Below are positions 62,963-64,000 of a stretch of DNA of 64,000 nt, in pieces. Location of the stretch: the NCBI RefSeq assembly GCF_006345805.1, contig NC_042997.1:41788001-41852000 (forward strand). The letters are read 5' to 3'. Source of the stretch: Octopus sinensis (lineage: Eukaryota). The notes beneath the pieces are model-generated. The model saw only the letters and a list, made by a program, of their open reading frames with translations, did no database searches and was not told where the DNA came from. Made by a program: the position numbers and the translations under genes. Positions within the stretch are counted from its first letter, which is position 1; each line of letters opens with the position of its first letter.

Positions 62963-64000
62963 TACTTTATTTTTATGGCGCCGTTGTAGCACCAATCTGT
63001 AAAAAGGAAAATAAAATGTCTAAATTTATTTGTATTTTATGAAACATTTAAAAATATTAGAGTCTGTAAGGTTAAAAACAAAATAGTAATTTCATCACAA
63101 ATCACTTCCAATAATCCCTCATTTGTCCCTTTTTTTGTTTTTCTTGTTTTTGGTTTTCAAATTTCAAAGGCAAAATTTTAAGCATATTTAACCCTTTAGT
63201 ATTTAAACCGGCCATATCCGGCCAAAATAGTTAATCTGTTTTATGTTCAAACTGACCAGATCCAGGCTCTCACACCTACCCTTCAATGTTATTCTACATT
63301 AAGTAATTACACCATCAAGATCTTGAAGATATGAGATAATGCACGATTAATTCAAATCAATGGGAATCAATAGGCATTATGTTTGATGGAATAATCTGAA
63401 CACTAAAGGGTTAATTGGTTGATGCTTAATTCCAATCAATCAATTTTACCAAATACAAATTATTGAGCCAATGTTTCTGATCTGTCAGAAATAATAGCTA
63501 AATCTCCCTGTACCTCTGAAAAACCTAAACCTTGTATATAATACGCACCCCTTCTCTAACTTGAGTCGTGCGTGATTAAGACAGCAGCACCTAGTCGAAC
63601 AAACACTTCTGCACAAGCGTAATACAATAATGGTGATGTTCTTAACTGTTATATGGGAATGTAAATATGTTTGCAAATTGTTTTTGTTACATGTTGATCT
63701 GTGTTCTTTTATTTTAATAAATGTTGCTTACAGCAAGTTATGGATTATTCTTTTATGACTTCATTGCTTTCAGGCTTAGCTCAAGATATTTTGGTGCCCA
63801 ACACCACAAAATGCATCTGAATAAACATTGCCGGACAGCAAATAGAGACTCGGACATTACTTAGAAAATATTTTTCATTTTTAACCTAGTATATAGTACG
63901 CACTAGGGATTTTGACCTTTAAATTTTGGGAAAGAAATGTGGATTATACTCAAGGATTTATGGTACATACACAAACATATACATGCATATGTATATATCA

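Noticed and set aside
1-64000. CRISPR arrays, prokaryotic operons, viral or horizontally transferred genes
   Set aside because: None seen; the short direct repeats belong to RTE 3' UTR units or microsatellites, and all coding signal is spliced host genes or TEs.

Overview
AT-rich (eukaryotic, repeat-dense) genomic window; the SINE/RTE/MITE families and microsatellite style suggest an octopod cephalopod (inference, not proven). Two convergent spliced genes fill almost the whole window. (1) NELF-B/COBRA1 on + : six coding exons 90-981, 6402-6504, 10595-10690, 13234-13602, 14943-15065, 16898-17017, all with canonical AG/GT and matching phases; the start codon is probably upstream of the window. 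(2) A BCAR3/SH2D3C (NSP-family) gene on - : six coding exons 62962-62870, 38782-38665, 34405-34357, 30365-28878, 25010-24842, 21495-20992 that splice into an 806-aa SAM-SH2-(Pro/Ser-rich)-Cdc25/RasGEF-like protein. The ORF track misses or fragments several of these exons. The introns hold RTE LINE fragments and tails, several tRNA-derived SINE families, non-autonomous Helitrons, TTAA piggyBac-type MITEs, a decayed piggyBac, a hAT/Buster remnant, HERO- and R4-like restriction-like-endonuclease retroelement fragments, a tRNA-Leu(CAG) pseudogene and a 3'-truncated U2 snRNA copy. The most interesting signals are at RNA level: at least four type-I hammerhead ribozyme motifs with intact cores, all antisense to their host gene; a hammerhead-like motif with non-circularly permuted core order in the HERO 3' UTR (39897-39990); a U2 snRNA-RTE-tail chimeric retrocopy; and inverted repeats and long palindromes next to exons and 3' ends. 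All folds were derived by eye and none has been tested.
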